From: Candidatus Poribacteria bacterium
Lineage (GTDB): Bacteria; Poribacteria; WGA-4E; WGA-3G
Assembly: GCA_963665235.2 (NCBI GenBank)
Contig: CAXXLX010000001.1
Location: 2,464,001 to 2,528,000 of the forward strand
Reading direction: 5' to 3'
DNA length: 64,000 bases
Positions 29,875-40,336 of the stretch are shown here, piece after piece. Positions within the stretch are counted from its first letter, which is position 1. Each line of letters begins with the position of its first letter. The notes below the pieces were generated by a model. That model saw only the letters and a list, made by a program, of their open reading frames with translations. It made no database searches and had not been told where the DNA came from. The position numbers and the translations under genes were made by a program.

Positions 29875-31530
29875 ATGAAAAAACATCAAATTTTTAGCAT
29901 CGTCTGCCTGCTTATCGCTTGGCATCTCAACGGGGCGGCAGCCGATATCGATGTCATTTGGGTTCGAGCAGGGGCAGTGCTTGAAATCCAGCAGGAACAC
30001 AACGTCGATAGTAAAATCAAAGTCGAAATGATGACTAATGGAACAGCACGTGAACTTGCTAAAACGCCAACAGTCCTGCGGATTGATGCTAAACGTGTCC
30101 TACTCCAATTTACATGGAAACCGAACCAACGTTATCAGTTTCGCCTAGAGAGGCATGTAACAGAGGCGACCTCGCCACTCAAACCGATGCCCTACTTAAT
30201 TCGTACGGTGCAACTGGATGGACTCTTATCGCTTTTGGAAAATCTCAGGCAGCCAGCGAAACCGACAACGGTCCTGTTTTCACCGGATGCGGAAAAACTT
30301 GCCATTGCAACCGACACCGGACACCTTGCAATTCTCCAACCGCTCACTGGCGAAATCCTTTGGAAAACCCGAATCTCCGAGGGCTATGTCAAATACATGG
30401 CATTTAGCACAGATAGCACTCGACTCTACATTGGCGAGCAGGCAGTGGATGGGTTTATCTATGCATACGACGTGTCGCAGTCTAAACCGACACGTCTCTG
30501 GAAATATCGCACAGCTGACGACATTGAAACCTCAACGCCGACTAATCCAGAAAACGTCTATGCCTGGATTAGCTACCCCGGTCCATCGTGCATGCGAACG
30601 CTAGCGAACGGTGACCTACTCGTTGCCAGCGTACACACATGGACTCAAAAGGACATATCGCATAGACAGTCTCAACTTTACCGGTTCAACGGGAAAACAG
30701 GCGAGCTCAGATGGAAATGGCCACGGGATGGGGCATTGCCGCGGATACTCCGTTGGTTTGACATCAGTGCTGATGGAAAAACACTCCCGCTTGTAACGGA
30801 TAAAAGCCGCCTGGGCAACGGAACGCTCTCTGTGCTCAATACTGAAACAGGAACAACACAGTGGCAGGCGAGTTTTGAACCGCTCACGCCATACTTTGAG
30901 GGTGTTAGTTTTTGGCGGGGAGTCAGTATATCACCGAATGGGAAGTTTATCAACATTACAGTGGATGATGGCCGTGCATACATCTTCGACGTGAATAAAC
31001 AGAAATCGATATGGCAGGACAATTTAACCACACCGCTTGAAATGGGTGGCATTCCAATCGTTGCAACTTCCGGCACGATAGGTGCAACGGATGCAGCCGC
31101 CCTCTTTGTAACAGGCGATACATATATTCCGTATCATCTCCAAAAGGGAGCACAACGGCCCTCGGCACTGCATCCAAACGGCATGACATTGTTTGCCTAT
31201 TCTTGGGAAGGGGAGAAAATATGGCAGTGGAAACTTGAGAATATGCCCCAAGGTTTACGAATTGATGGAAATGACCGATATGCTGTCCTTTCTGTCTCTA
31301 AAAAGAGCCGAAATCCGAATGAACACCTACACGGCGTTTCGGTATTTGACCTCACAGCGGCCGGCGGTGGCCTGTCGAAATATCTTTACACTTACCGCAC
31401 CGAGGGACAACTGCCCTATGATACGCTTGCTATCAGCGCGGATGGCAGTCTCATCGCTGTAGTTGAAATGCCGATTACGATGCCTGATAAGACCGTGCGC
31501 GGAAAAAATCGGGTGCATGTGCTATATTGA
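29875..31530 (+). CDS. Secreted PQQ-like/WD-type beta-propeller protein
   Basis: Signal peptide; repeated TG...W blade ends with FSPD/ISADG starts. Confidence 0.7.
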   Translation: MKKHQIFSIVCLLIAWHLNGAAADIDVIWVRAGAVLEIQQEHNVDSKIKVEMMTNGTARELAKTPTVLRIDAKRVLLQFTWKPNQRYQFRLERHVTEATSPLKPMPYLIRTVQLDGLLSLLENLRQPAKPTTVLFSPDAEKLAIATDTGHLAILQPLTGEILWKTRISEGYVKYMAFSTDSTRLYIGEQAVDGFIYAYDVSQSKPTRLWKYRTADDIETSTPTNPENVYAWISYPGPSCMRTLANGDLLVASVHTWTQKDISHRQSQLYRFNGKTGELRWKWPRDGALPRILRWFDISADGKTLPLVTDKSRLGNGTLSVLNTETGTTQWQASFEPLTPYFEGVSFWRGVSISPNGKFINITVDDGRAYIFDVNKQKSIWQDNLTTPLEMGGIPIVATSGTIGATDAAALFVTGDTYIPYHLQKGAQRPSALHPNGMTLFAYSWEGEKIWQWKLENMPQGLRIDGNDRYAVLSVSKKSRNPNEHLHGVSVFDLTAAGGGLSKYLYTYRTEGQLPYDTLAISADGSLIAVVEMPITMPDKTVRGKNRVHVLY

Positions 31531-31680
31531 TTTTTTGTAGCACAATCGATTACTTCATGCCCTGGCTTACGCAAAATTGCAGAATATCGCTTAATCCAGC
31601 TGTAGGAGCGATTTCAAAACGCGCCTACCAGAGAATTGCACAAGTCCTAATTCCCTGATCAATTGCCATTTTTTTATCTG

Positions 31681-33273
31681 CTATAGGTTGTTCGATGGGC
31701 GTTCTTGTACCACAGGAATAACGTAACTCCGAATCGTCAAGCCATCTATCGATTCTGTCTCTGTTCGCGGTTCCGTTACTGCGCGGTGATCGAACACGAC
31801 ATAGTACCCCTCCGTTACGCCTTCTATTGCCAGATACGCGGCGAGTTGCTGCTTGCCTTGGGTATAACCTCTTTCACTTCTCCAAACCTTTGTTTCAACG
31901 ATATATTTTTTTTCGTTGTGAAGAATGAGCAGATCCATCCTGCCACGTCCGGTTGGAACTTCCATATACATTGCCCCGTTCACGCTAACAACGAACTGAT
32001 GCAGGTAAGCAAAAAGGAGGTGTTGTCCGATGAATTCTTGTGGGGTTTCAGGGACCTGTAAGATCTTGAAACCAACGCGGGCAATAAAGTCGCGGAAGTT
32101 ATCCAGGAGCCGTTCCATCTGAATCTGTCCAATAGACATGAGATAATGAGATACATCTGTATCGTCAGGAAAGTAGTCGCGCTCCAACCCGTTGACTACC
32201 GGTTTGAAGGTTTGTAGAATGCAATACAGGTAAATTGGATTGGCAATCTTACACATCCGGTCAGTGCCTCTTGTAAGGACACCGTACGTTGCAAGTTCAT
32301 TAATAAGTTCATTGCGTAGGTTGAAAAGCACCCCTTCATCGTCCAACATGATTCGCATCAGAAGATTTTCAAAGCGGGAGTTTCGGCGGATGTTGGTGGT
32401 CAAATGTGTTAGGTTAGTGTTGTTTTCGTCCACAAGCTGGACATGTGCTGCTGAGAAGTGTGCCAACGTAATCGTTTCAGTTTTCGGAATGTCCAATTCC
32501 TCGGTAAGTATCTGCGCGAATCGGTTGACAAGAAACGGCTGTCCATCAGTCTGTTTATGGATAAATTCGATAACTTCCGGGGCGAAAGCCTGTCCGACCT
32601 CAGAGGTATATTGTCCAAATAACTCCTGCACTTGAGCGAGCGTAAAATTGGACAAAGCAAAATCATCATGGATATTGAACGGAGAAACAGAATGATCATA
32701 GTTGAGTTGCGCGATGCTCTTGACCCCAACAATGCCAAGGCTGTAAGGACACCGAGGGACAGTTCGAGAAATGTAGATGCGGCGGAGTGCATACAAGAAA
32801 TCATCCACGATTGCCGGAGGAATACCATCAAACTCATCAATAAGGATAACAACCTTCCGATTTTCTAACACTCTCGCCAATGTCCCGAAACCTCTGAGCA
32901 TTGATATATTGTCGGTTAGGGTTGTGTTCTCTAAAAAGTCTCTTAGTGCCTCGGAGGGCACTTCTCCACGTTTATGGTAAAGTTGCTCGATTTCCTCGCG
33001 AATATCTTCGGTAAGATTGCTATAAAAATCCGGCAATGTAAGGTTTTTATATGCCTCAAAATCTAAGTGGATAGGGATATAAATCGGATCCTCAGCGGCA
33101 AGGATGTCCATGGCAGCGTAGAAAAAAGTCGTCTTACCTGTCTGCCGCGGCGCGAAGATGACGATGTAACGGCCCTCTTTGACGCGCATAATGAACTCGG
33201 CAAGTTCTTCAGTGCGAGCGACGACGTAGTGCTGTTCAGAGTTCACAGGTCCCTGTGTGCCAAACCTTCTCAT
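31681..33273 (-). CDS. AAA-like ATPase with C-terminal PD-(D/E)XK nuclease-like domain
   Basis: APRQTGKTT Walker A, LIDEFD Walker B, GRGRMDLLI...IVETKVW, QLAAYL. Confidence 0.82.
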   Translation of the reverse strand: MRRFGTQGPVNSEQHYVVARTEELAEFIMRVKEGRYIVIFAPRQTGKTTFFYAAMDILAAEDPIYIPIHLDFEAYKNLTLPDFYSNLTEDIREEIEQLYHKRGEVPSEALRDFLENTTLTDNISMLRGFGTLARVLENRKVVILIDEFDGIPPAIVDDFLYALRRIYISRTVPRCPYSLGIVGVKSIAQLNYDHSVSPFNIHDDFALSNFTLAQVQELFGQYTSEVGQAFAPEVIEFIHKQTDGQPFLVNRFAQILTEELDIPKTETITLAHFSAAHVQLVDENNTNLTHLTTNIRRNSRFENLLMRIMLDDEGVLFNLRNELINELATYGVLTRGTDRMCKIANPIYLYCILQTFKPVVNGLERDYFPDDTDVSHYLMSIGQIQMERLLDNFRDFIARVGFKILQVPETPQEFIGQHLLFAYLHQFVVSVNGAMYMEVPTGRGRMDLLILHNEKKYIVETKVWRSERGYTQGKQQLAAYLAIEGVTEGYYVVFDHRAVTEPRTETESIDGLTIRSYVIPVVQERPSNNL

Positions 33274-33659
33274 GTCTGTTTTGCCTCATCTGTTGTGAGG
33301 AAAATGTCTGCGTTGCCACTTTCAGCACAAGCGAGGTGTAGGGCATCTAATCGCTCAAAACCAAATGCTTCAAGTTGTTCACTTCGCGCTATTTCTGCCT
33401 CACCAACCCAGATAATTCGATGTGCTAAAGATAACAACGTTTTGACCTTAGCGCGTTTGATAGGTTCCGTGATTCGGTCTATTTCATCAGCGTTGACACT
33501 GCTGGCAAGCCATTCCCAATAACCTATATCGAAATACTCAAGAATTATTTCAACAGCTTCGGCTTCACGGCGAACCCGAGTTTGTGTTTGGACATCAAAA
33601 GGGCGATTAAAACAACATGTATCGAAATAGATTTTCCTATTTTGTTGATAACTTTGCAC
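33270..33659 (-). CDS. PIN-domain (VapC-like) protein, short C-terminus
   Basis: IYFDTCCFNRPFD, DALHLACA, FLTTD. Confidence 0.8.
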   Translation of the reverse strand: MQSYQQNRKIYFDTCCFNRPFDVQTQTRVRREAEAVEIILEYFDIGYWEWLASSVNADEIDRITEPIKRAKVKTLLSLAHRIIWVGEAEIARSEQLEAFGFERLDALHLACAESGNADIFLTTDEAKQT

Positions 33660-33809
33660 ACGCTAATCTCTTAGTTTTTTGGAAATTCCTTTTCTATCAT
33701 ACCTGAGTTAAGGATACCATAAGGTTTATTGTGGTGTCAAGTCTTTTCAAAAAAGACAGTGGGAGAATTACAAGTCTCCCACATACCAACAAAAACACAA
33801 AGAGAATGT

Positions 33810-34619
33810 TTAGAGCCCTTGCAGGAGGGAAACCCATCGCTCCCACGCAGCTTTGGTAGCAGCTTTCTGTGCTTCGTTTGCGGACTCCGCCATACCGCGT
33901 CTCAAAAACGCATGACCAACCCCTTCATAGATAACAGGTTCATAAGTGACCTTTGCAGCATCCGCAGCAGCTTTGGTAGCATCGATTGTCGCATTGATGC
34001 GGTTATCGCTCTCCCCATAAAACCCGTAAACAGGGGCAGAAATTTTGGGTATATCCTCTACAGGCGGGGCAGAACCGTAAAATACGAAAGCACCCGCTAT
34101 CTCATCAGAATGAACAGCATAACTAAATGTCTGTCTGCCACCCCAGCAGAAACCTGAAACTGCCACCTTTCTATTCGTTGCGGGGAGGTCACTGACATAT
34201 TTCCGCACGGCATCCAGTGCTGTCATGACGCGTTCAGGTGATAATCCCCGGATAGCGCGGCGCACTGCATCACCGGAATCAAAACTCTCTGTTCCGCCAC
34301 CGTCGGGTCCCATGCCAGACAGGAGGTCCGGACAAATCGCAACAAAACCTTCAGCAGCAAGTCTGTCAGCGACGAGCCGCACCCAATCGGTTAGTCCAAA
34401 AATTTCGTGAATAACAATAATCGAAGTCGCCGGCTCCTTCACCTCCGGGTACACAATAAAGGCACTAACAGCATCCCCATCCGGAACAGAAATTTTAACC
34501 CATTCTCCATGGCGTGGCGATTTTTCAAGTTCATCTTTTATATTGTCAGCGGCCACATTGCCTACTAGCAAAAGACTCATAGCAAAAATGCTTAGCAGCG
34601 AGATATTGAATACTTTCAT
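33810..34619 (-). CDS. Secreted dienelactone hydrolase family protein
   Basis: IHEIFGL, GFCWGG nucleophile motif, GHAF. Confidence 0.9.
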   Translation of the reverse strand: MKVFNISLLSIFAMSLLLVGNVAADNIKDELEKSPRHGEWVKISVPDGDAVSAFIVYPEVKEPATSIIVIHEIFGLTDWVRLVADRLAAEGFVAICPDLLSGMGPDGGGTESFDSGDAVRRAIRGLSPERVMTALDAVRKYVSDLPATNRKVAVSGFCWGGRQTFSYAVHSDEIAGAFVFYGSAPPVEDIPKISAPVYGFYGESDNRINATIDATKAAADAAKVTYEPVIYEGVGHAFLRRGMAESANEAQKAATKAAWERWVSLLQGL

Positions 34620-34640
34620 GGTATGCTCCTTAGGTTGGAA

Positions 34641-35699
34641 TTACTTCTTCCCAGCTTTGTGAATGATGGAGTGCACCACCTTCTCCATTTCAGCAGGGGG
34701 CATCGCACCGAATAGATGAAAATGGACACCCGCGCTCGACCAGATGAACGCATGCGTTGAACCACGTTGGTGTTTATGCACATCTGTCCCGTTAAGTTTA
34801 ACAACACTCCCCCCACGACGCGTTGGTTTGCCAGTCGTTTCAAATATGTAAAGATCTAAGAGGCCATCTGTGTAAATTAGATTAGCTGCTGTTCGTTCCC
34901 TATCTTTGATGATACGAACATCCTGGAGTTGGAATCCTGGGGGCAGATAGTCGGGTTGGATGAGTTTGGTTTTGAGAATCTCTTCGGCTTTTTCCAGTGA
35001 AACAGATTGACTTCGCCGGGGTTCCGGTTTAATCTCCTCTTGAAAAGTTTGCCATTTGGTCTCCACGTTTTTGGGATTGAGGTTAATTCGGGTATAGACG
35101 AACATTTTTCGGAGTACGCCTTCCGCGTCAAAATCTTCCACCCGCATGATAACCCCGTTTTGCCGAGCGAAGTAGATATGTTTCGTAGGTCTGCCAGGAA
35201 ATTTGGGCTTAATTATGAGGAGGTCAGTTTCATAGCCCGCGATTTTTTCACCCCAAGGGCGTACCTCTAGGTCATAGTTTTTGGCAATCAGCTGAATTTC
35301 TTTTGTGGAAAATTGATTTCTGTGGCGATGCCATCTAAATTCTCTATTTCTGCGGCGGCCGTCTCTCTGCTCTTTTTCGCGCTCGTTGTTCTGAACAGAT
35401 GCCTTGCGCTCCCCGACAACGGATAAAACCTTCCGATAGGAATACTCCGCGCTTTTCCGAATGACAATCTCCTCCATCGTGCGTGCACCACGAGATGTAC
35501 TGGATGTCTTGAGGCGAACCCCAACGTAGCTGATATTCTGCTCCGCCTCCGCTATACGGTCAAGTGCACCAACATCAGCAAAGAGCCAATTCAATGTCGA
35601 GGAGGTTTTTTGAACATCCGGCGAAAAATATGGAGAACTAAATAACAAAAAAGCAATTAGGACTGAGAAGCAAAATAGTCTTAACAATTTCATTGACAT
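34641..35699 (-). CDS. MucB/RseB-like extracytoplasmic sigma regulator
   Basis: Signal/TM; EKIAG, PDYLPPGF and YTDGL motifs; follows anti-sigma. Confidence 0.7.
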   Translation of the reverse strand: MSMKLLRLFCFSVLIAFLLFSSPYFSPDVQKTSSTLNWLFADVGALDRIAEAEQNISYVGVRLKTSSTSRGARTMEEIVIRKSAEYSYRKVLSVVGERKASVQNNEREKEQRDGRRRNREFRWHRHRNQFSTKEIQLIAKNYDLEVRPWGEKIAGYETDLLIIKPKFPGRPTKHIYFARQNGVIMRVEDFDAEGVLRKMFVYTRINLNPKNVETKWQTFQEEIKPEPRRSQSVSLEKAEEILKTKLIQPDYLPPGFQLQDVRIIKDRERTAANLIYTDGLLDLYIFETTGKPTRRGGSVVKLNGTDVHKHQRGSTHAFIWSSAGVHFHLFGAMPPAEMEKVVHSIIHKAGKK

Positions 35700-35736
35700 A
35701 GGTTCACCTATTTTATGACTTCAACCGCCCAAGACA

Positions 35737-36267
35737 TTAGTCTCCTAAGTACAGGTTGAGGAACAGTTCTGTATCGTCTCCGATGTCCTCACCTTGAACT
35801 GGAGGACTGCTAACGGGTGTCACGACGTTTGATTTCAATGGGTTATCCGCGAGTTGTTCCATGTAAACTCCGAAGTAAAAATCGAGGGTTTCATCGGGTT
35901 GAGGGGCCGGTGAAGCATTGAAAAAGTACAAAAACGCGACGATAAGACAGAGCGTTGAAAAGGCAGTTGCACCGACAGTGAACGGACGAAATATCCACCG
36001 TCTGAAACCTGATAGAATTTGTTTCCGCGCAGTTGCCTCCTTTTCCCGAATCAATGCCAAAACAGCATTCTTCATAGGGGGCGCAGGATGTACAAGTCCA
36101 GCGATTCTCTGGCGGTTCTGCTTAAAATCGGACAGCATATCGGCACACCCCTGGCACTCCCGAAGGTGAGCGTCCACCTTCTGCCGCATTGCCGGGGACA
36201 ATTCATCATCCAGATATGCCGATAACTGTTTCTCAATACGTTGATGTTTCATATTTCTAAACCACAT
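35737..36267 (-). CDS. zf-HC2 zinc-binding anti-sigma factor
   Basis: LSAYLDDEL...HLRECQGC plus single TM. Confidence 0.88.
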   Translation of the reverse strand: MWFRNMKHQRIEKQLSAYLDDELSPAMRQKVDAHLRECQGCADMLSDFKQNRQRIAGLVHPAPPMKNAVLALIREKEATARKQILSGFRRWIFRPFTVGATAFSTLCLIVAFLYFFNASPAPQPDETLDFYFGVYMEQLADNPLKSNVVTPVSSPPVQGEDIGDDTELFLNLYLGD

Positions 36268-36288
36268 TTCATAAAAAATTGGAAAACT

Positions 36289-36906
36289 TTACCAATTGAC
36301 CCGTTTGAGTTCTTCTCTCAACGCTTTTCGGGCTTCATGTAACCGAGATTTGACGCGCCCGAGCGTGCAACCGAGGACTTCCGAAATTTCCGCGTAAGAG
36401 AGCTCCTGTAGCTCCCGTAGGATTAAGATAGTTCTATAGCTCTCCTTGAGTTTCGCAAGGGCTGCATGGACGATTTCTCTGCGCTCAGCACGTAATAGCT
36501 CCTGTTCGGGGGTTACCGTGTAAACTGGCACCCAAGGTTGCGAATCGTCAATCTCCATAGGTTCCGTTTTTCTGCGTTTGCGTTGGTCAATAAGATTGAG
36601 GCATTTATTTTTCGTGATTTGGTAAAGCCAAGTAGAAAATCGGGAGCGGAACTTAAATTGACCGATATTCTCCCAAACAGAGAGAAATACGTCTTGTGCA
36701 ATATCTTCGGCATCTTCGCGATGGCCGAGAAATCCGTAAGCGATGTTGTAAACCCAATGTTGGTACTGAACGACTAACGTTCCCATCGCCGCGGTGTCCC
36801 GCTGCTGGCAGCGCAAAACAAGTTCGCGCTCCTGCTGACTGTCGAAATCTTCTACCTGAGCAATATCCGAATAGGTTTCCATATTAGCAGTAAGGGTAAC
36901 AGACAT
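36289..36906 (-). CDS. ECF RNA polymerase sigma factor (RpoE/SigW-like)
   Basis: DAEDIAQDVF, FSTWLYQI, LSYAEISEVLG, VKSRLHEAR. Confidence 0.93.
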   Translation of the reverse strand: MSVTLTANMETYSDIAQVEDFDSQQERELVLRCQQRDTAAMGTLVVQYQHWVYNIAYGFLGHREDAEDIAQDVFLSVWENIGQFKFRSRFSTWLYQITKNKCLNLIDQRKRRKTEPMEIDDSQPWVPVYTVTPEQELLRAERREIVHAALAKLKESYRTILILRELQELSYAEISEVLGCTLGRVKSRLHEARKALREELKRVNW

Positions 36907-37010
36907 TTTTTCCTCCTGAGGTCCTGTGCATTTCGCTAGAAGGCATCCCTATCAGATGCTATGTATGAGATAGATACCAGAAATTTTGTTTTGTTTCGTT
37001 TTCAATTCTA

Positions 37011-37037
37011 TTAGACAGGAAACGAACAAAAAAGTTC
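37011..37037 (-). promoter_or_regulatory. Putative sigmaE-type autoregulatory promoter
   Basis: GAACTT-N16-TCTAA about 105 bp upstream of the ECF sigma gene. Confidence 0.65.
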
Positions 37038-37069
37038 ATTTTTTTCTGGAGATGTCTGTTAATTAATTT

Positions 37070-39544
37070 TCAATCCTTATTTAACCTGTTTTGCGTACCA
37101 GGGGTCATCTGCACACGTTGAAAATTACCGGTTGCATCCGGCCAGCGACCGATAGCACTATCTTTTTCCTGTTTTTCAAACGTAATCGCATCTAATACCT
37201 GATTGCCGCGAGAATCTACATCTACAAGCATGACCGTTTCACCACGGCTTGAGAGTTTGAAGTTCGCATGGAGCCCCTTTTCTGCTTTTCCATCCTCATC
37301 TAACCACACAATCAGATAACCGTGTGCTGGAATTGTCGTGTCTTTCGGAAATGCCCATTTTTTGGGGTTGTCCATTTTATCCGTAAGATACATTCCGTTG
37401 AGCAGCACCGGCTTATCTGTCCTGTTATGCAACTCAAGCCAATCCTCGTATTGCCCTTGTGGGTCAGCAATACTCTCGGTATTGACCGCCATAAGTTCGT
37501 TGATAACAACCGCCGTCGCTTCTGCTTGCGGCAGTGTGACTCGGTAATGAGCTGCCCCAAACGCTGCCCGTGCCGGCCAAAACGTTGTCGTACCGTGTGT
37601 CTTCACAGCACTTGCCTCGACATAGTAGTAAACGGTCGTCCCCGCTGGAAACGTTGGAACCTTACCGATAAATCCATCCCCATCTTTTGTCATCATCGCG
37701 TGTTTAAAAGCAGCGTGCCGGTCGGTCCCATAATACAACAGAAGTGCATCCGCGTCAACAGCTTTTTTCAACGTTACCTTAATGGCAACAGGTTGATTCG
37801 CCATCGGATTTTTGGGGGTAGAGACAGTGTCAATTGTCGGGGTCGGTTTGTTCAGTTCAGGATAAGTGCTTAGGTTTTCGCGTCTTTGGTCCACAAAATC
37901 CTTGAAACTCGGTGTCCTGCGTCCGCTGCTACTGCCGCTGCCACTTGCACTCGCCTGAAAGTCTTGATAGCTATAAAGTTTTTTACTGTCCCGCTTCACT
38001 TCAGCATCGATGTGTGCTTGGTAGTCGTTGATGATAGGCTTTAACACATCCCACCTAAGCCATTCATCCATGACGGTGCGGACATGTGCAAGATAGCGTG
38101 CTCTCCATTTCGGAATTCCGAGCAGGCGGCTAATGACCGGGCGCATTTCATTTTCGGTATGTGTCAGTGGCGACACCATGCCTGAGGTTAACTCCCCCCA
38201 CGACCAGCCACCGGGACCACCACCGCCAGGACCGCCACGACCCGCACGGCCAAATCTGAAAGTTTCGTTGTTATCGTGTGATATAAGGTGGAATCTGCGG
38301 TTGACATCTTGATAAATGGAAAAATCTCCCCCCTTGTGAATATAACTATCGTCATCCATGAAGACGTTTGAAACAGCAAGCTGCCACAAGGCACGGTCAA
38401 CGTTGAATACTGCTGGAAGCTTTTCCTCTAATTCCGAATCAGGGGTTGAACTGTCAAGCAGCTTGCACAGGGCAATGAGGTCTGCCCAAGGGTTCTCGAC
38501 ATTGCTCGTTTTGAGTTGGTAGGTGCGTTGATACGCCGCTACATCCTCCCCTGAATAGGTTAGCGCACCGCCTCTAGGACCGATTTTCCAACGAACACCA
38601 TCCCTTGTACCGAACCGCTCCGCCAGAAAATCTTTGTTATATTGCTGGAGGTTGATATAAACCCCCCAGTCTTCACCATTAATTACCACTTTAACAAAAT
38701 TGGTTTTCATGGCGGGAATATAGCTACGGGCAATCTGATTGTAGAGCACTTCCCGCAGGAAAGAGGCATCAACATGCCCATTGAGCAGGTTGAGCGTTTT
38801 ATAACCGTAAAGACGTTGACTGTCATCACCGTAGTCAATAGCGATATTAAACGACTTTTTCTCGGATTGTACAGTGAAATAGGAGGAGGTCCCCCGAAAT
38901 CGGACACCTATATCCGAATAAACTTTGCCATCAACAACTAATTCGGCGGGTACTTCAACATCTGTGCGATAGAAGGCGTTCAATTGGGCATACCAATCCT
39001 CATCGTGGAAACGGAGGTATAGAGTACGGAGCGTACCCGCGTCATATAGGTCAGGGGAATCAGCTGGGGCAGCAGCAAGACTCAACTTCACATCGTCCTG
39101 AATGTTCCCCGTCGGTGTACCTGCACGTAGGTCAGGTGAATAGGCATCCCCGCGGGCTGCAATTACCGCTTTCCGCTCGTCCCCTGTTAATTTTCCATCC
39201 TTATTCGTATCAAACTGTGCAACTAATTTTTCTGGCGGTCGAGGGCCACCTCTGCGCCTGCCAGCCCCCGGCGGATCTCCGCGAACGTCTCTGTTTCCAA
39301 CGCGACCCCCATGGGCCCTCTCAATCTCTTCTCGAGTCAGCTGTGTGCCTGTAAATGCCTCTAAACCTACGACGTGAAGCATGAGCTCATTCTCTTCCAA
39401 ACTCAATACGCCATTTCCATCAAGATCGAACCGCTTCTGCTCTTCTGAAAGTTTTGGCGATGTGTCATCCTCTTGAGCGTTTATATATGTTACGGAACTG
39501 ATGATTATCAACGCAATGAGTGCTATTCGTTTTATATATGTCAT
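37070..39544 (-). CDS. CotH kinase family protein with EF-hand-like motifs and C-terminal lamin-tail domain
   Basis: VRFRGTSS, KKSFNI, LREVL, HDNNETF; INELMA...DWLELHN; DLDGNG and DTNKDG. Confidence 0.85.
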   Translation of the reverse strand: MTYIKRIALIALIIISSVTYINAQEDDTSPKLSEEQKRFDLDGNGVLSLEENELMLHVVGLEAFTGTQLTREEIERAHGGRVGNRDVRGDPPGAGRRRGGPRPPEKLVAQFDTNKDGKLTGDERKAVIAARGDAYSPDLRAGTPTGNIQDDVKLSLAAAPADSPDLYDAGTLRTLYLRFHDEDWYAQLNAFYRTDVEVPAELVVDGKVYSDIGVRFRGTSSYFTVQSEKKSFNIAIDYGDDSQRLYGYKTLNLLNGHVDASFLREVLYNQIARSYIPAMKTNFVKVVINGEDWGVYINLQQYNKDFLAERFGTRDGVRWKIGPRGGALTYSGEDVAAYQRTYQLKTSNVENPWADLIALCKLLDSSTPDSELEEKLPAVFNVDRALWQLAVSNVFMDDDSYIHKGGDFSIYQDVNRRFHLISHDNNETFRFGRAGRGGPGGGGPGGWSWGELTSGMVSPLTHTENEMRPVISRLLGIPKWRARYLAHVRTVMDEWLRWDVLKPIINDYQAHIDAEVKRDSKKLYSYQDFQASASGSGSSSGRRTPSFKDFVDQRRENLSTYPELNKPTPTIDTVSTPKNPMANQPVAIKVTLKKAVDADALLLYYGTDRHAAFKHAMMTKDGDGFIGKVPTFPAGTTVYYYVEASAVKTHGTTTFWPARAAFGAAHYRVTLPQAEATAVVINELMAVNTESIADPQGQYEDWLELHNRTDKPVLLNGMYLTDKMDNPKKWAFPKDTTIPAHGYLIVWLDEDGKAEKGLHANFKLSSRGETVMLVDVDSRGNQVLDAITFEKQEKDSAIGRWPDATGNFQRVQMTPGTQNRLNKD

Positions 39545-39607
39545 CGTTTACTCCTTTGTTCGTATTTTCAGTTTAGACATTTTAAGGCGGAAAGAGGTTC
39601 GCATTTT

Positions 39608-40261
39608 TTACCGCTTATCCAATTTTACTTCAGTGATATTTGCGTTGTTCGAGAGTTCATTAAAGAATGAAAGCCACTCGTCAGGCTTTGCTAACTTCAC
39701 ACGGAATTGCACCTCAAGCACCCCCGATTTTTTTATTCGTTTGTCCAATAGCCGGTCATGAATCAAATATCTCTGGAAAATAGAACGATAAACGGTTTCG
39801 GAGGGTCGGTCAGTAGGGAGGCACAGTTCGAGACTAAATTCGTTATCCTTCGCAAAGCGTTGATTCCAATGATACATGCCGAGGATAATGATACCGATGA
39901 GAAAGGTCGCCAAAATTGCAACAGCGGGACTTCCAGCACCGACTGCCATCCCAACCGCCAAAGCGTAAAACACAAAACCGATATCGCGTGGATCTTGGAT
40001 GGCTGTCCGAAAACGAATTATCGACAACGCACCCACAAGACTAAACGCCCTAGCAATGCTATCACCGATAACAACCATCACCACCGAAATTAACATACAC
40101 AGTATGATAAGCGTATCGGTAAACGATTTTTGTGGACCTCTTGTGTGTGTCCACTGATAAATCAGAACAATAAAAACACCTAAAGCAAATGCAAGTATTA
40201 ACCGGAGCGCATTCGCACCAAGCATAACAAGTGAGGGTAACGTTAGAAAGTCTAATGACAA
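39608..40261 (-). CDS. DUF4956 family membrane protein
   Basis: IARAFSLVGALSIIRFRT..DPRDIGF.F..LAVGM..G. Confidence 0.85.
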   Translation of the reverse strand: MSLDFLTLPSLVMLGANALRLILAFALGVFIVLIYQWTHTRGPQKSFTDTLIILCMLISVVMVVIGDSIARAFSLVGALSIIRFRTAIQDPRDIGFVFYALAVGMAVGAGSPAVAILATFLIGIIILGMYHWNQRFAKDNEFSLELCLPTDRPSETVYRSIFQRYLIHDRLLDKRIKKSGVLEVQFRVKLAKPDEWLSFFNELSNNANITEVKLDKR

Positions 40262-40336
40262 AATATGTATTCCGTTAATTCCAGCAATGGCTATTAGAAA
40301 CCGTTGGCTGACTGCTAATTCTGGTAGATTATGTTA

